Part shown: positions 55,368 through 64,000 of the stretch, in pieces
How the letters are laid out: each line of letters begins with the position of its first letter
Position numbering within the stretch: the first letter of the stretch is position 1
DNA from: an uncultured delta proteobacterium
Lineage (GTDB): Bacteria > Desulfobacterota > Binatia > HRBIN30 > BPIQ01
DNA length: 64,000 bases
NCBI GenBank assembly: GCA_963761335.1
Contig: CAVXGR010000016.1
Location: forward strand, 32,001-96,000
Direction of reading: 5' to 3'
Notes under the pieces: model-generated
Database searches by the model: none
Told to the model about the DNA's origin: nothing
What the model saw: the letters and a program-made list of their open reading frames with translations, nothing else
Translations under genes and position numbers: made by a program

Positions 55368-55427
55368 CGCCCTCAAGGGACGCGTGCCCCCCGCGCCCCT
55401 TGAGGGGGCGCGGGGATCTTGAGGGCG
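55368..55427. other. Nested GC-rich hairpin between convergent genes
   Basis: CGCCCTCAAG..CTTGAGGGCG enclosing CCCCGCGCCCC..GGGGCGCGGGG. Confidence 0.45.
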
Positions 55428-55445
55428 CGGGTCGAGAAGCCCCGG

Positions 55446-56507
55446 CTAGAAGATGTAGGAGACGCCGATTCCCAGCCCCCAGTCCATGGCCTCATTGGTG
55501 ATACCGGCGAGGCCGACAGGGCGGATGGTGATGTTCTTCGAGTAGTTGTAGTCGATTCCGGGCATCACGGTGACATCGTCGAGGGTGGTCGGGGCGATGC
55601 CTTGGAGGTCGCAGACGTGTCCGCCTGCGGTGACCTGGCAGGTCATGCTGACCGGATTGTTCTGGTGGGGGTAGTCGAAATGCCGCCCGGTCAGCTCGAC
55701 GCGGAAGGCGTAATTCCGATTGAGGCGGCCCAGGGCATAGGCACTCCAGTAGCCGACGTTTTGGACCGACTCCATGTTGAACTGATAGCCGCCCGTACCT
55801 CCCACGGCCCAGCGGCCGCCGGTGTAGCGGAAGCCGGCGAACGGCAGCACGCCCCACTCGCCGGTGCCGAGGCGCTTCTTCTCCTGACCGGTGGGCGCCC
55901 GCAGCTCGACACCGCCACCGATGTCGAGCTTTTCGGTGACCGGGAACTTGTACTTGCCGTAGAGCGAGGTGTCGCCGAAGTCGTTGTTGTTCTCGTTGAC
56001 GGTGAGGATCGACCTCTTCTCCGCCTCGGGAACCATGTTGGCCGGCGTGGCGAGAATGGCATCCGTGTTGGCGAAGCTGAGGCCCTGGAGAATTCCCTGC
56101 ACGTCGAAGCCGACCTCAGCATTCTTGAAGATGCCGTAGCTGCCGACCAGATCGAGCGTGCCGCCGCTCACCTCGACGAGGTCGTCGCGTCGCTCGAGCC
56201 GATCCGAATCACCGGCGGGGAAGCCGCGGATGATCAGCTGCGGCGAGAAGCGCTGAAAGGTCTGGAACCCAGTCGTTCCGGAGAGAGGCGCCACCACGGG
56301 CCTGTTGTTGGTGTCGTCGTGGAGAATCATGCCGCGGACTTCCAGGCGAAACTGCCCAGGCTGCACCGTGGCCGTCTCATAGTTGTAGTTGCGAAACAGC
56401 CGGTCGTTGTCGGTGATCTTGTACTCCTCCTGTGCCCAAGCGGGCGCGGCCAGGCTGAGTAGCGTCAGGCTCACACCAATCCACCTTGCAACTCGTGCAC
56501 CTCGCAT
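55446..56507 (-). CDS. Outer-membrane beta-barrel protein (Phenol_MetA_deg-like)
   Basis: Signal peptide AWA; FGD...GKY, PTG...LGTG; C-terminal GIGVSYIF. Confidence 0.7.
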   Translation of the reverse strand: MRGARVARWIGVSLTLLSLAAPAWAQEEYKITDNDRLFRNYNYETATVQPGQFRLEVRGMILHDDTNNRPVVAPLSGTTGFQTFQRFSPQLIIRGFPAGDSDRLERRDDLVEVSGGTLDLVGSYGIFKNAEVGFDVQGILQGLSFANTDAILATPANMVPEAEKRSILTVNENNNDFGDTSLYGKYKFPVTEKLDIGGGVELRAPTGQEKKRLGTGEWGVLPFAGFRYTGGRWAVGGTGGYQFNMESVQNVGYWSAYALGRLNRNYAFRVELTGRHFDYPHQNNPVSMTCQVTAGGHVCDLQGIAPTTLDDVTVMPGIDYNYSKNITIRPVGLAGITNEAMDWGLGIGVSYIF

Positions 56508-56569
56508 CTTCTCCCTCCTCTCCCGGTACCCCCTTTGTGGAAACCTCTGACCGGGGACCTCGGCGGCGG

Positions 56570-56599
56570 ATGCTACGCTTTTGGCGATTGGATTGTCAA
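56570..56599 (-). promoter_or_regulatory. Putative sigma70 promoter of the outer-membrane protein gene
   Basis: TTGACA-N18-TAGCAT on the minus strand. Confidence 0.5.
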
Positions 56600-56638
56600 G
56601 AAAAATGCCGGGTCAAAAATAGCTCGTCTGGAGCCGCT

Positions 56639-58390
56639 TTAGGCCGACGATCGAGAAGAAGAGCGGCGTCTTTCGCGCTCGCCCTGCGGCTCGGTCGAGG
56701 CCACCAGGCGGCGGGCGAAGCGAGCCGCCTCCGCGTCGTCTTCGCCGCCGAGCATGCGGGTCAGCTCCGCGACCCGCTCCTCGGCACCGAGGGGGCGCGC
56801 CAGAGAGACGGTGCGCCCGCCACGGCTCTGTTTCTGCACCGCAAAGTGGTGCGCGGCGCGGGCCGCGATCTGGGGCAGGTGCGTGATGCACAGGACCTGA
56901 CGGGCGGTGCCGAGGGCGCGCAGGCGCTCGCCGACGGCATCGGCGATGCGACCGCCGATACCGGCGTCGACCTCGTCGAAGATCATCGAGGGGACATCGC
57001 CGGTGCCGGCGGTCAGCACCTTCAAAGCCAGCATGATCCGCGACAGCTCGCCGCCCGAGGCGATGCGGGCCAGCGGCTTGAGCGGCTCACCGGCATTGGC
57101 GGAGAGCAGAAACTCGACCTCATCGGCACCGTTCTCTGCCAGGCGGGTGTTGCCGGCGCGCAGCGGCTCTGCCGGATCGCAGGCCGAGGGCACGGCGTCG
57201 GCCGCGAAGGCGACCGAGATGCGGGCGTCCTTCATGCCCAGGGCGCGGAGCTCCCGGACCACGTCGCGCTCCAGACGCTTGGCGGCGGCCCGGCGGCGTT
57301 GTGACAGCTCGCCGGCCGCCGTCCACGCCGCCGCCGCGCACTCCAGGACCTCGCGTGCGAGGGCGTCGGCACCGGCGCCGCCGTCTTCGATGCCGCGCAG
57401 CTCGACCACCGAGGCGTCGCGAGTGGCGATGGCGCTCTGCAGTGATCCGCCGTACTTGCGCTTCAGGCGGCCGAGCAGGGCGAGGCGCTCGTCCACCGTT
57501 TCGAGGCGGGCCGGGTCGAAGGACAGGCGCTCGCCGTAGCTGCGCAGGCGATCGGCCACCTCCTCTACCTGAGACAGAGCGCTCTCCAGCAGCTCGGCGG
57601 GCTCGGCGAGGGAGCTGTCGACGCGGCTGATGTCGCGCAGCCGCACCGCGACCCGCGACAGCCGCCCGGCGACGGTGTCGTCGCCGGAATAGAGCGCTTC
57701 CTCTCCCTGGGCGCAGGTCTGCAGCAGGCGCTCGGCATTGACCAGCACCTCGCGCTCGCGACGCAGATGCTCGTCCTCCTCGTCTTCTTCCAGCGCCGCG
57801 GCCTCCAGCTCCTGCAGCTGAAAGCGAATCAGCTCCTCGCGCTCGGCGGCGCTCTGCTGCCGGCGTCGCAGCTCCTCGAGCTGCGCCAGCCGCTCGGCGA
57901 GCCGGCGATACGTCTCGCGCATGGCATCGCGCTCGGCGGCGTGACCGGCGTAGGCGTCGAGCAGCTGCAGGTGACTCTCTGGGCGCAGCAGCGTGCCCTG
58001 CTCGTGCTGTCCATAGATCTGGATCAGGTGGCGGCCGATCTGCTCGAGAACGGCGAGATTGGCCAGGGAGCCGTTGACGTAGACGCGGTTCTTGCCGCTG
58101 CGGCTGAGCGTGCGGCGCACCAGGAGATCCTCCACGGCAGGCAGGCCCGCTTCCTCGAGGGCGCGGATCTCTGCGGCGCCGAGATCGAAGAGCCCTTCCA
58201 CGGTGGCCTCCTCCGACTCGGAGCGGATGAGATCGCTCGAGGCGCGCGCGCCGCACAGCATGTCGATCGCCTGCATGATGATCGACTTGCCGGCGCCGGT
58301 CTCACCGGTGAGGACATTGAAGCCGGAGGCGAACTCCAGCGAGAGCGAATCGATCAGCGCGAAGTCGCGAACCTGAAGCTGACGCAGCAT
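56639..58390 (-). CDS. recN: DNA repair protein RecN
   Basis: TGETGAGKS, ASGGELSRIMLALK, FDEVDAGIGG, CITHLPQIA. Confidence 0.97.
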   Translation of the reverse strand: MLRQLQVRDFALIDSLSLEFASGFNVLTGETGAGKSIIMQAIDMLCGARASSDLIRSESEEATVEGLFDLGAAEIRALEEAGLPAVEDLLVRRTLSRSGKNRVYVNGSLANLAVLEQIGRHLIQIYGQHEQGTLLRPESHLQLLDAYAGHAAERDAMRETYRRLAERLAQLEELRRRQQSAAEREELIRFQLQELEAAALEEDEEDEHLRREREVLVNAERLLQTCAQGEEALYSGDDTVAGRLSRVAVRLRDISRVDSSLAEPAELLESALSQVEEVADRLRSYGERLSFDPARLETVDERLALLGRLKRKYGGSLQSAIATRDASVVELRGIEDGGAGADALAREVLECAAAAWTAAGELSQRRRAAAKRLERDVVRELRALGMKDARISVAFAADAVPSACDPAEPLRAGNTRLAENGADEVEFLLSANAGEPLKPLARIASGGELSRIMLALKVLTAGTGDVPSMIFDEVDAGIGGRIADAVGERLRALGTARQVLCITHLPQIAARAAHHFAVQKQSRGGRTVSLARPLGAEERVAELTRMLGGEDDAEAARFARRLVASTEPQGERERRRSSSRSSA

Positions 58391-58407
58391 GGTCCGACCG
58401 CCGCGTC

Positions 58408-59259
58408 CTAGCGGGCTCCCCAGCGCAGCTTGCTGCGCAGCACGCTGAAGTAGCTGCGCCCGGGCGCCCGAACCAGCGGAACGGTCACTGCGGCTCGGCA
58501 CACCTCGAGGACATCGTCGCGGCGCATGGCCATCGATTCCTGGCCATCAAAGGTGACCAGCACCTCCTGGTCCTCCGTGGGCAGGGCGACGACGCGCACG
58601 GTGGCGTCGCCGGAGACCACCATCGGCCGGTTGGTCAAGGTGTGCGGACAGATCGGGGAGAGGATCACCACGTCGATCGAGGGGTGAACGATGGGTCCGC
58701 CGGCGGAGAGCGAGTACGCGGTCGAGCCGGTCGGGGTGGCGAGAATCAGGCCGTCGGCCTTGTAGGTGCAGACCTCCTCGCCGTCGATCCACGTCTTCAG
58801 GTCGATCATGCGGGACAGGGCCGCCTTGGCGACCACCACCTCGTTCAGAACCAGCCACGTCGGCGACGCGGCGCTCTGCAGGCGCGCCTGCAGCATCATG
58901 CGCCGATCGAGCTCGTAGTCGCCGTCGAGGACGCGTGAGAGCAGCGGCAGGACCTCGTCCACGGTGACCGAGGTGAGGAAGCCGAGGCCGCCCAGGTTGA
59001 CCCCGAGGATGGGCACCGGTCGCTGGCGCAGCTGGCGGACGACGCTGAGCAGGGTGCCGTCGCCGCCGAGAACGACGACCAGATCCGCGGTTTCCACCAG
59101 CTCCGGTTTGCTCAAGCCGGAGGCGACTCCGAGCGCCGTCGCGGCTTCGTCCTCGACCACCGCTTCGAGCTTTCGCTCCTGCAACCAGCGCACCAGGCTC
59201 CGGCCGAGCTCGATCGCCTGGGACCGCCCGCGCTTGACGACAATGCCAACCCGGCGCAT
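58408..59259 (-). CDS. nadK: NAD kinase
   Basis: GGDGTLL, LNE, TPTGSTAYSLSAGGP. Confidence 0.97.
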   Translation of the reverse strand: MRRVGIVVKRGRSQAIELGRSLVRWLQERKLEAVVEDEAATALGVASGLSKPELVETADLVVVLGGDGTLLSVVRQLRQRPVPILGVNLGGLGFLTSVTVDEVLPLLSRVLDGDYELDRRMMLQARLQSAASPTWLVLNEVVVAKAALSRMIDLKTWIDGEEVCTYKADGLILATPTGSTAYSLSAGGPIVHPSIDVVILSPICPHTLTNRPMVVSGDATVRVVALPTEDQEVLVTFDGQESMAMRRDDVLEVCRAAVTVPLVRAPGRSYFSVLRSKLRWGAR

Positions 59260-59372
59260 GCGTGGGCACGCTAGCACGAACCCTGGTGCGGCGACATAGC
59301 CGTTGCCTGCCTGTCGCCAACGGTTGCGTTGCCGCCCCCAGGGCGGAACAATGGCGTCCGGAGGACATCCGG

Positions 59373-59906
59373 GTGGCCAAGCGCTTCTCGTATCTCTTGC
59401 TCTGTGGCGCGGCCCTGCTGCCGCTCGCCTGCATGCGGCCGCCGGAGCTTCTTCAGGGCGGACCGTTCATCCCAGTTTCGGTGGCGCAGGCGCAGCAGGG
59501 AAAGGTCGCCGGCGAGCGGGTCCGCTGGGGCGGAAAGATCGTGAGTGTCGAGCCGGGAAAGGGGCAGACCTGCATGGAGGTCGTCTCCCTGCCCCTGGAC
59601 GAGCAGGCACGGCCGCTCCGCAGCGATCAATCAGAGGGCCGCTTCCTCGCCTGTGCGGGCCAGTTCCTCGATCCGGCGGTGTACTCGGCCGGGCGCGAGG
59701 TCACGGTGATCGGCTCGTTGCAGCCGCCGGAGGTGCGCAAGATCGGCGATTACGAGTACCGCTATCCAAAGGTGCTCGCCGAGCGCATTTATCTCTGGCC
59801 GGAGCGACAGCCGCCTCGCGAAATCTACTACGCGCCCTGGGGGGACCCGTTCTGGGATCCGTTCTGGGGGCCGCCGCGCTTCCGCTACTGGCCGTACTGG
59901 TACTGA
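59373..59906 (+). CDS. Slp-family outer-membrane lipoprotein
   Basis: Lipobox LAC; VRWGGKI, GRFLA, FLDPAVY..GR.VTV, IGDYEYRYP. Confidence 0.9.
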   Translation: MAKRFSYLLLCGAALLPLACMRPPELLQGGPFIPVSVAQAQQGKVAGERVRWGGKIVSVEPGKGQTCMEVVSLPLDEQARPLRSDQSEGRFLACAGQFLDPAVYSAGREVTVIGSLQPPEVRKIGDYEYRYPKVLAERIYLWPERQPPREIYYAPWGDPFWDPFWGPPRFRYWPYWY

Positions 59907-59967
59907 CCGCGCGTACTGACCGCGCCGTCTTGGTGAGGGCGGGGCGGGCGTGCTAGAGCGGGCGTGA

Positions 59968-61323
59968 ATGCCGAGAAATCCGCGACCCGCATCCCGTAGC
60001 GGCAATCTCTTCGCCGCCGAGGAGGAGCAGGCTCGAGCCGCCGCCGCGCCGCTGGCGGAACGCATGCGCCCGCGCCATCTGCAGGAGTTCGTCGGCCAGG
60101 CGCAGCTGGTCGGTCCGGGGCGGCTGCTGCGCGATATGCTCGAGACCGGGCGGCTGCACTCGCTGATCCTCTGGGGGCCGCCGGGCAGCGGCAAGACGAC
60201 GTTGGCGCTGCTGGTGGCGCGCTCGACGCAGGCGCGCTTCGTGCACTTCTCGGCGGTGGTGTCGGGGGTGCGCGAGCTGCGCGAGATCGTCGCCGAGGCG
60301 GAGATGGAGCTGCGCGCCAACAAGCGGCAGACGATCCTCTTCGTCGACGAGATTCACCGCTTTAACAAGGCGCAGCAGGACGCCTTCCTGCCTCACGTGG
60401 AGGCGGGGACGGTGGTTCTCATCGGCGCGACCACCGAGAACCCGTCCTTCGAGGTGATTGCGCCGCTGCTGTCGCGCGCCTCCGTGCTGGTGTTGCAGCC
60501 GCTCTCGGCGGAGGAAGTTGCCGGGGTCATCGATCGCGCTCTGCTCGACGACGAGCGCGGTCTCGGCAAGCGCAAGCTGACGCTCGAGCCGCCGGCGCGG
60601 GAGTTTCTCGCGGCCCACGCTCGCGGCGATGCCCGCGTGGCGCTGAACGTCCTCGAGGTGGCCGCCGAGGTGGCGGCGCGCCGCGACAAGTCGGACATCG
60701 ACCTGCCCATGGTGGAGGAGGCGGCCCAGCACCGCGCCCTGCTCTACGACAAGAGCGGCGACGAGCACTACAACGTCATCTCCGCCTTCATCAAGAGCCT
60801 GCGGGGCGGTGATCCCGACGCCGCGGTGTACTGGATGATGCGGATGCTCGAGGCCGGCGAGGACCCGCTGTTCATCGCCCGCCGAATGATCATCTTCGCC
60901 GCTGAGGACGTCGGCAACGCCGATCCGCGGGCCCTGCAGGTGGCGGTCGCTGCCAAGGACGCCTTTCATTTCGTCGGCCTTCCGGAAGGCCGGATCCCGC
61001 TCAGCCAGGCGGCGACCTACCTCGCCTCGGCCCCGAAGTCGAATGCCTCCTACAAGGCGATGCTGGCCGCGGCCGCGGACGTGCAGGAGCACGGTCCATT
61101 GCCGGTGCCGCTGCATCTCCGCAACGCGCCGACACCCCTGATGAAGGGGCTCGGCTACGGGCGCGGCTACAAGTACGCTCATGACTACGAGGGGCACGTG
61201 GTGGGCCAGCAGCATCTGCCCGACCGGCTGCGCGAGCAACGCTATTACCAGCCCAGCGACAGCGGCGAGGAGCGGCAGATCGCCGAGCGCCTGGCCGAGT
61301 GGCGCCGCAAGACGCGCTCGTAG
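59968..61323 (+). CDS. rarA: Replication-associated recombination protein A
   Basis: PLAERMRP, GPPGSGKTT, DEIHRFNKAQQD, VPLHLRNAPT. Confidence 0.97.
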   Translation: MPRNPRPASRSGNLFAAEEEQARAAAAPLAERMRPRHLQEFVGQAQLVGPGRLLRDMLETGRLHSLILWGPPGSGKTTLALLVARSTQARFVHFSAVVSGVRELREIVAEAEMELRANKRQTILFVDEIHRFNKAQQDAFLPHVEAGTVVLIGATTENPSFEVIAPLLSRASVLVLQPLSAEEVAGVIDRALLDDERGLGKRKLTLEPPAREFLAAHARGDARVALNVLEVAAEVAARRDKSDIDLPMVEEAAQHRALLYDKSGDEHYNVISAFIKSLRGGDPDAAVYWMMRMLEAGEDPLFIARRMIIFAAEDVGNADPRALQVAVAAKDAFHFVGLPEGRIPLSQAATYLASAPKSNASYKAMLAAAADVQEHGPLPVPLHLRNAPTPLMKGLGYGRGYKYAHDYEGHVVGQQHLPDRLREQRYYQPSDSGEERQIAERLAEWRRKTRS

Positions 61324-61334
61324 GGGGACAGGGC

Positions 61335-61412
61335 TGGGGACAGGCTACTTTTGCCAGCGCGGGCGTCGATTGTTGATCTCGACGTTTTGCGGGCAAAAGT
61401 TGCCTGTCCCCA
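61335..61412. repeat. GGGGACAG-type palindromic REP-like element copy 2
   Basis: TGGGGACAGGCTACTTTTGCC ... GGCAAAAGTTGCCTGTCCCCA. Confidence 0.8.
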
Positions 61413-61464
61413 AGCTCCCCGTTGCCATTGACGTGGCGGGTCATGCTCGCCACCATGCTTCTCC

Positions 61465-63267
61465 ATGAGCTGCAGCCAGCTTGGGCCGAGAACCGCGGCG
61501 GCTCTGCCGCCGCTCTGCCGGCGGGCGTTCCTCGCCGCCCTTTTCGCCACCGTCGTCTGTACGGCCGGGCCCGTGCGGGCACAGGCTCCGGTGACGCCTT
61601 CCGCGGAAGCCGCCGCAGCATCAGCGGAGCCGACCCCGGTGGACGAGCTCGACCGCGGCACGCCGCGCGGCGCCATGCTCGGCTATCTGGAGTCCTGCCG
61701 TTCGGGTAACTACCAACAGGCGGCGAGATATCTCGACCTGAGCCGCACCCCGAAAGATCGGCGAGACGGCGGGCCCAAGTTGGCGCGCGAGCTCAAGGTC
61801 GTGCTGGACCGGACTCTGTGGATCGAGCCGGACGCCCTGAGCGCCGATTCCGACGGCAATATCGACGACAGTCTCCCCGAGGGGGAGGACCTGGTCGGCA
61901 TCATCAAGGGGACCAAGAGATCCTGGCGCGTGCTGCTCGACCGCGTGCGCGCCGAAGATGGGACGCCGATCTGGAAGATCTCGTCGACCACCGTGACGCA
62001 GATTCCGGCGCTGTACCAGGAGTTCGGCTACGGCCGCTTGGGCGAGTTTCTGCCCGCCCCCTTCTTCGAGTGGCAATTCCTCGAGGTGCAGCTCTGGCAA
62101 TGGCTGGGGCTGGGCCTCCTGATCGTGCTCGCGGCGCTCGGCGGCTGGATCGTTACCGCCGCCGGTCTGCGGATCATCCGCCTGCTCCTGTCGCGGCGCG
62201 CCCGCTGGGCGGAGCGCACCGTCCACATGTCGCGCGGACCGCTGCGGCTGTTCGTGGCGGTGAGCCTCTTTGCCGCCGGAATGTACGCCTTGGCCCTGTC
62301 CGTGCCGGTGCAGCACTTCCTCGGGGCGCTGCAGCGCGGCCTGGCGATCATCGCTCTCGCTTGGCTCGTCATCCGCTTCGCCTACGTCGGTACCGAGTGG
62401 CTGCAGCGCCGCATGGTCATGCGCGGACAGATGATCGCCACCTCCATCGTCCCCCTGGGACGGCGCACGGCGCAGGTCTTCATCATGGGAATGGCGATGC
62501 TGGCGGTGCTGCAGAACTTCGGCATCAACGTCGGCGCCGTTCTCGCCGGTCTCGGTATCGGCGGTCTGGCGGTCGCCTTGGCGGCGCAGAAGACGGTGGA
62601 GAATCTCTTCGGCGGCGTCACCCTGATCTTCGATCAGCCGGTGCGGGTGGGCGATTTCTGTCGCTTCGGCGATCAAGTGGGCACCGTGGAGGCTGTCGGC
62701 CTGCGCTCGACCCGCATCCGCACGCTGGATCGGACCGTGGTCACCATTCCCAATGGCACCTTTGCCGGCATGCAGCTCGAGAACTTCGCGCTGCGGGACC
62801 GCATCTGGCTGCATCCGAGCATCGGCCTGCGTTACGAGACCAGCGCCGACCAGCTGCGTTACGTCCTCATCGAGCTCAAGAAGATGCTGCTGGGCCATCC
62901 CAAGGTCCACCCCGATCCGGCCCGCGTGCGCTTCGTCTCCTTCGGTGACTACTCGCTCAACTTGGAGATCTTCGCCTACGTGCTCACCGCCGACATCAAC
63001 GAGTTCCTCGCGGTGCAGGAGGACATCTTCCTGCGCATCATGGACATCGTCGAGGCGAGCGGTACCGGCTTCGCCTTCCCCTCGCAGACGATCTACGCCG
63101 GCGCCGACACCGGGCTGGATGAGGACAGAACGCGCGCCGCGGAAGAGCAGGTGAAGCAGTGGCGCGCCCAGAACGCGCTCTACCTTCCCAACTTTCCCGC
63201 CGATCAGATTGCGGCGCTGCACGAGTCCCTGGACTACCCGCCCAAGGGATCGCCGGGTGGAAAGTGA
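61465..63267 (+). CDS. Mechanosensitive channel, MscS family, with periplasmic N-terminal domain
   Basis: RGTPRG, LAGLGIGGLAVALAAQ, GLRSTRIRT.DR, FAFPSQT. Confidence 0.93.
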   Translation: MSCSQLGPRTAAALPPLCRRAFLAALFATVVCTAGPVRAQAPVTPSAEAAAASAEPTPVDELDRGTPRGAMLGYLESCRSGNYQQAARYLDLSRTPKDRRDGGPKLARELKVVLDRTLWIEPDALSADSDGNIDDSLPEGEDLVGIIKGTKRSWRVLLDRVRAEDGTPIWKISSTTVTQIPALYQEFGYGRLGEFLPAPFFEWQFLEVQLWQWLGLGLLIVLAALGGWIVTAAGLRIIRLLLSRRARWAERTVHMSRGPLRLFVAVSLFAAGMYALALSVPVQHFLGALQRGLAIIALAWLVIRFAYVGTEWLQRRMVMRGQMIATSIVPLGRRTAQVFIMGMAMLAVLQNFGINVGAVLAGLGIGGLAVALAAQKTVENLFGGVTLIFDQPVRVGDFCRFGDQVGTVEAVGLRSTRIRTLDRTVVTIPNGTFAGMQLENFALRDRIWLHPSIGLRYETSADQLRYVLIELKKMLLGHPKVHPDPARVRFVSFGDYSLNLEIFAYVLTADINEFLAVQEDIFLRIMDIVEASGTGFAFPSQTIYAGADTGLDEDRTRAAEEQVKQWRAQNALYLPNFPADQIAALHESLDYPPKGSPGGK

Positions 63268-63276
63268 GTGGCCCGC

Positions 63277-63999
63277 TCAGAGCCAGGCGCTGCTGCGAGT
63301 GTCGCCGAGCCGCCAGTCGAGCATGGCCCGCAGGAAGCGGTGCACCTCGTCGGGACCGGCGACCCAGTAGCGCGCCGCCGTTGGCTCCGGCCCCGGAGCC
63401 ACGCGAATGGTGAGTGAATGCGGGGGCAGCAGCTTGAAGGCGTCCTCGTCCATCTGATCATCGCCGATGTAGATCGGCAGCACCGCGTCGAAGCCGGCGA
63501 GCAAGGCGCAAGCGGTCTTTCCCTTGTTGACGCGCGCCGGGCGGATCTCCGCGACCTCCTGCCCGTACGTCAGGGTGATCGGTGCCCCGCGGCGACGATA
63601 GGCGCGCACCAGCCCGGCCAGCGTCCGCCGCGTCAGCTCGGCGTCTTCGGGGGATGCCAGCCGGTAGTGGCAGGCCACGGTGGCGCCCTTGTCCTCGATG
63701 AGGATGCCGGGGCGATGGCCGAGGGTGCGTTGCATCTCTCGCTTGATGGCCGGGAGGATGGCGCGGATCACGGCGACCCCCTCGGTGATCTGAATCTTGC
63801 CCGCGGGCGGTCCGACCTCGAGCCCGTGGATGCCGACGTAGTGGATGTTGGGAACGTCCAGCAGGCGTCGGATGTCGGTGATCGGCCGGCCGGTGATGAC
63901 GGCGATGTGCACGTTGTCCCACAGCGCCAGCTGCTCCAGCAGCCAGGCCGTTCCGGGAAGCGGCACGGCTTCGGCCGGTGTCGGCGCCAGCGGAGCAAG
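63277..63999 (-). CDS. otsB: Trehalose-6-phosphate phosphatase (5' truncated by window edge)
   Basis: ITGR, GIHGLE, IEDKG...HYR, EIRP...KG, YIGDD..DEDAF. Confidence 0.9.
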   Translation of the reverse strand, partial: LAPLAPTPAEAVPLPGTAWLLEQLALWDNVHIAVITGRPITDIRRLLDVPNIHYVGIHGLEVGPPAGKIQITEGVAVIRAILPAIKREMQRTLGHRPGILIEDKGATVACHYRLASPEDAELTRRTLAGLVRAYRRRGAPITLTYGQEVAEIRPARVNKGKTACALLAGFDAVLPIYIGDDQMDEDAFKLLPPHSLTIRVAPGPEPTAARYWVAGPDEVHRFLRAMLDWRLGDTRSSAWL

Positions 64000-64000
64000 G

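Noticed and set aside
59900..59925. 13-bp tandem duplication GTACTGACCGCGC at the slp stop
   Set aside because: Single local slippage with no evident function

Overview
High-GC bacterial chromosomal window. The synteny is deltaproteobacterial-like, and a C-terminal 'CPGDCN' dockerin-like domain suggests Ca. Binatia (inference only). It has three parts. (1) 1-5 kb: a type IV minor pilin operon (fimT-pilV-pilW-pilX-pilY1). (2) 5-30 kb: an accessory region ending at tRNA-Leu(GAG). It holds metabolic genes, a Baeyer-Villiger monooxygenase-esterase fusion, a GHKL/MORC-type ATPase next to a nucleoside-deoxyribosyltransferase-like gene (candidate defence pair), an integron-integrase remnant, mosaic duplicates of neighbouring genes and about seven single-base frameshifts. 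It also carries four copies of a ~145 bp inverted-repeat element. Two of these copies share the same flanks but carry a ~60 bp core in opposite orientations. (3) 30-64 kb: housekeeping block (secG-tpiA-gap, tol-pal, ribF-rluD-rho, rpsB-tsf-pyrH-frr-uppS-cdsA-rseP-tsaB, ilvN-ilvC-pssA-leuA-leuB-asd-like-truA, recN-nadK, rarA, mscS, otsB). This block has a Leu-rich attenuator before leuA and an 8-bp-repeat palindrome where pgk usually sits. All calls come from manual motif recognition; no database searches were run.
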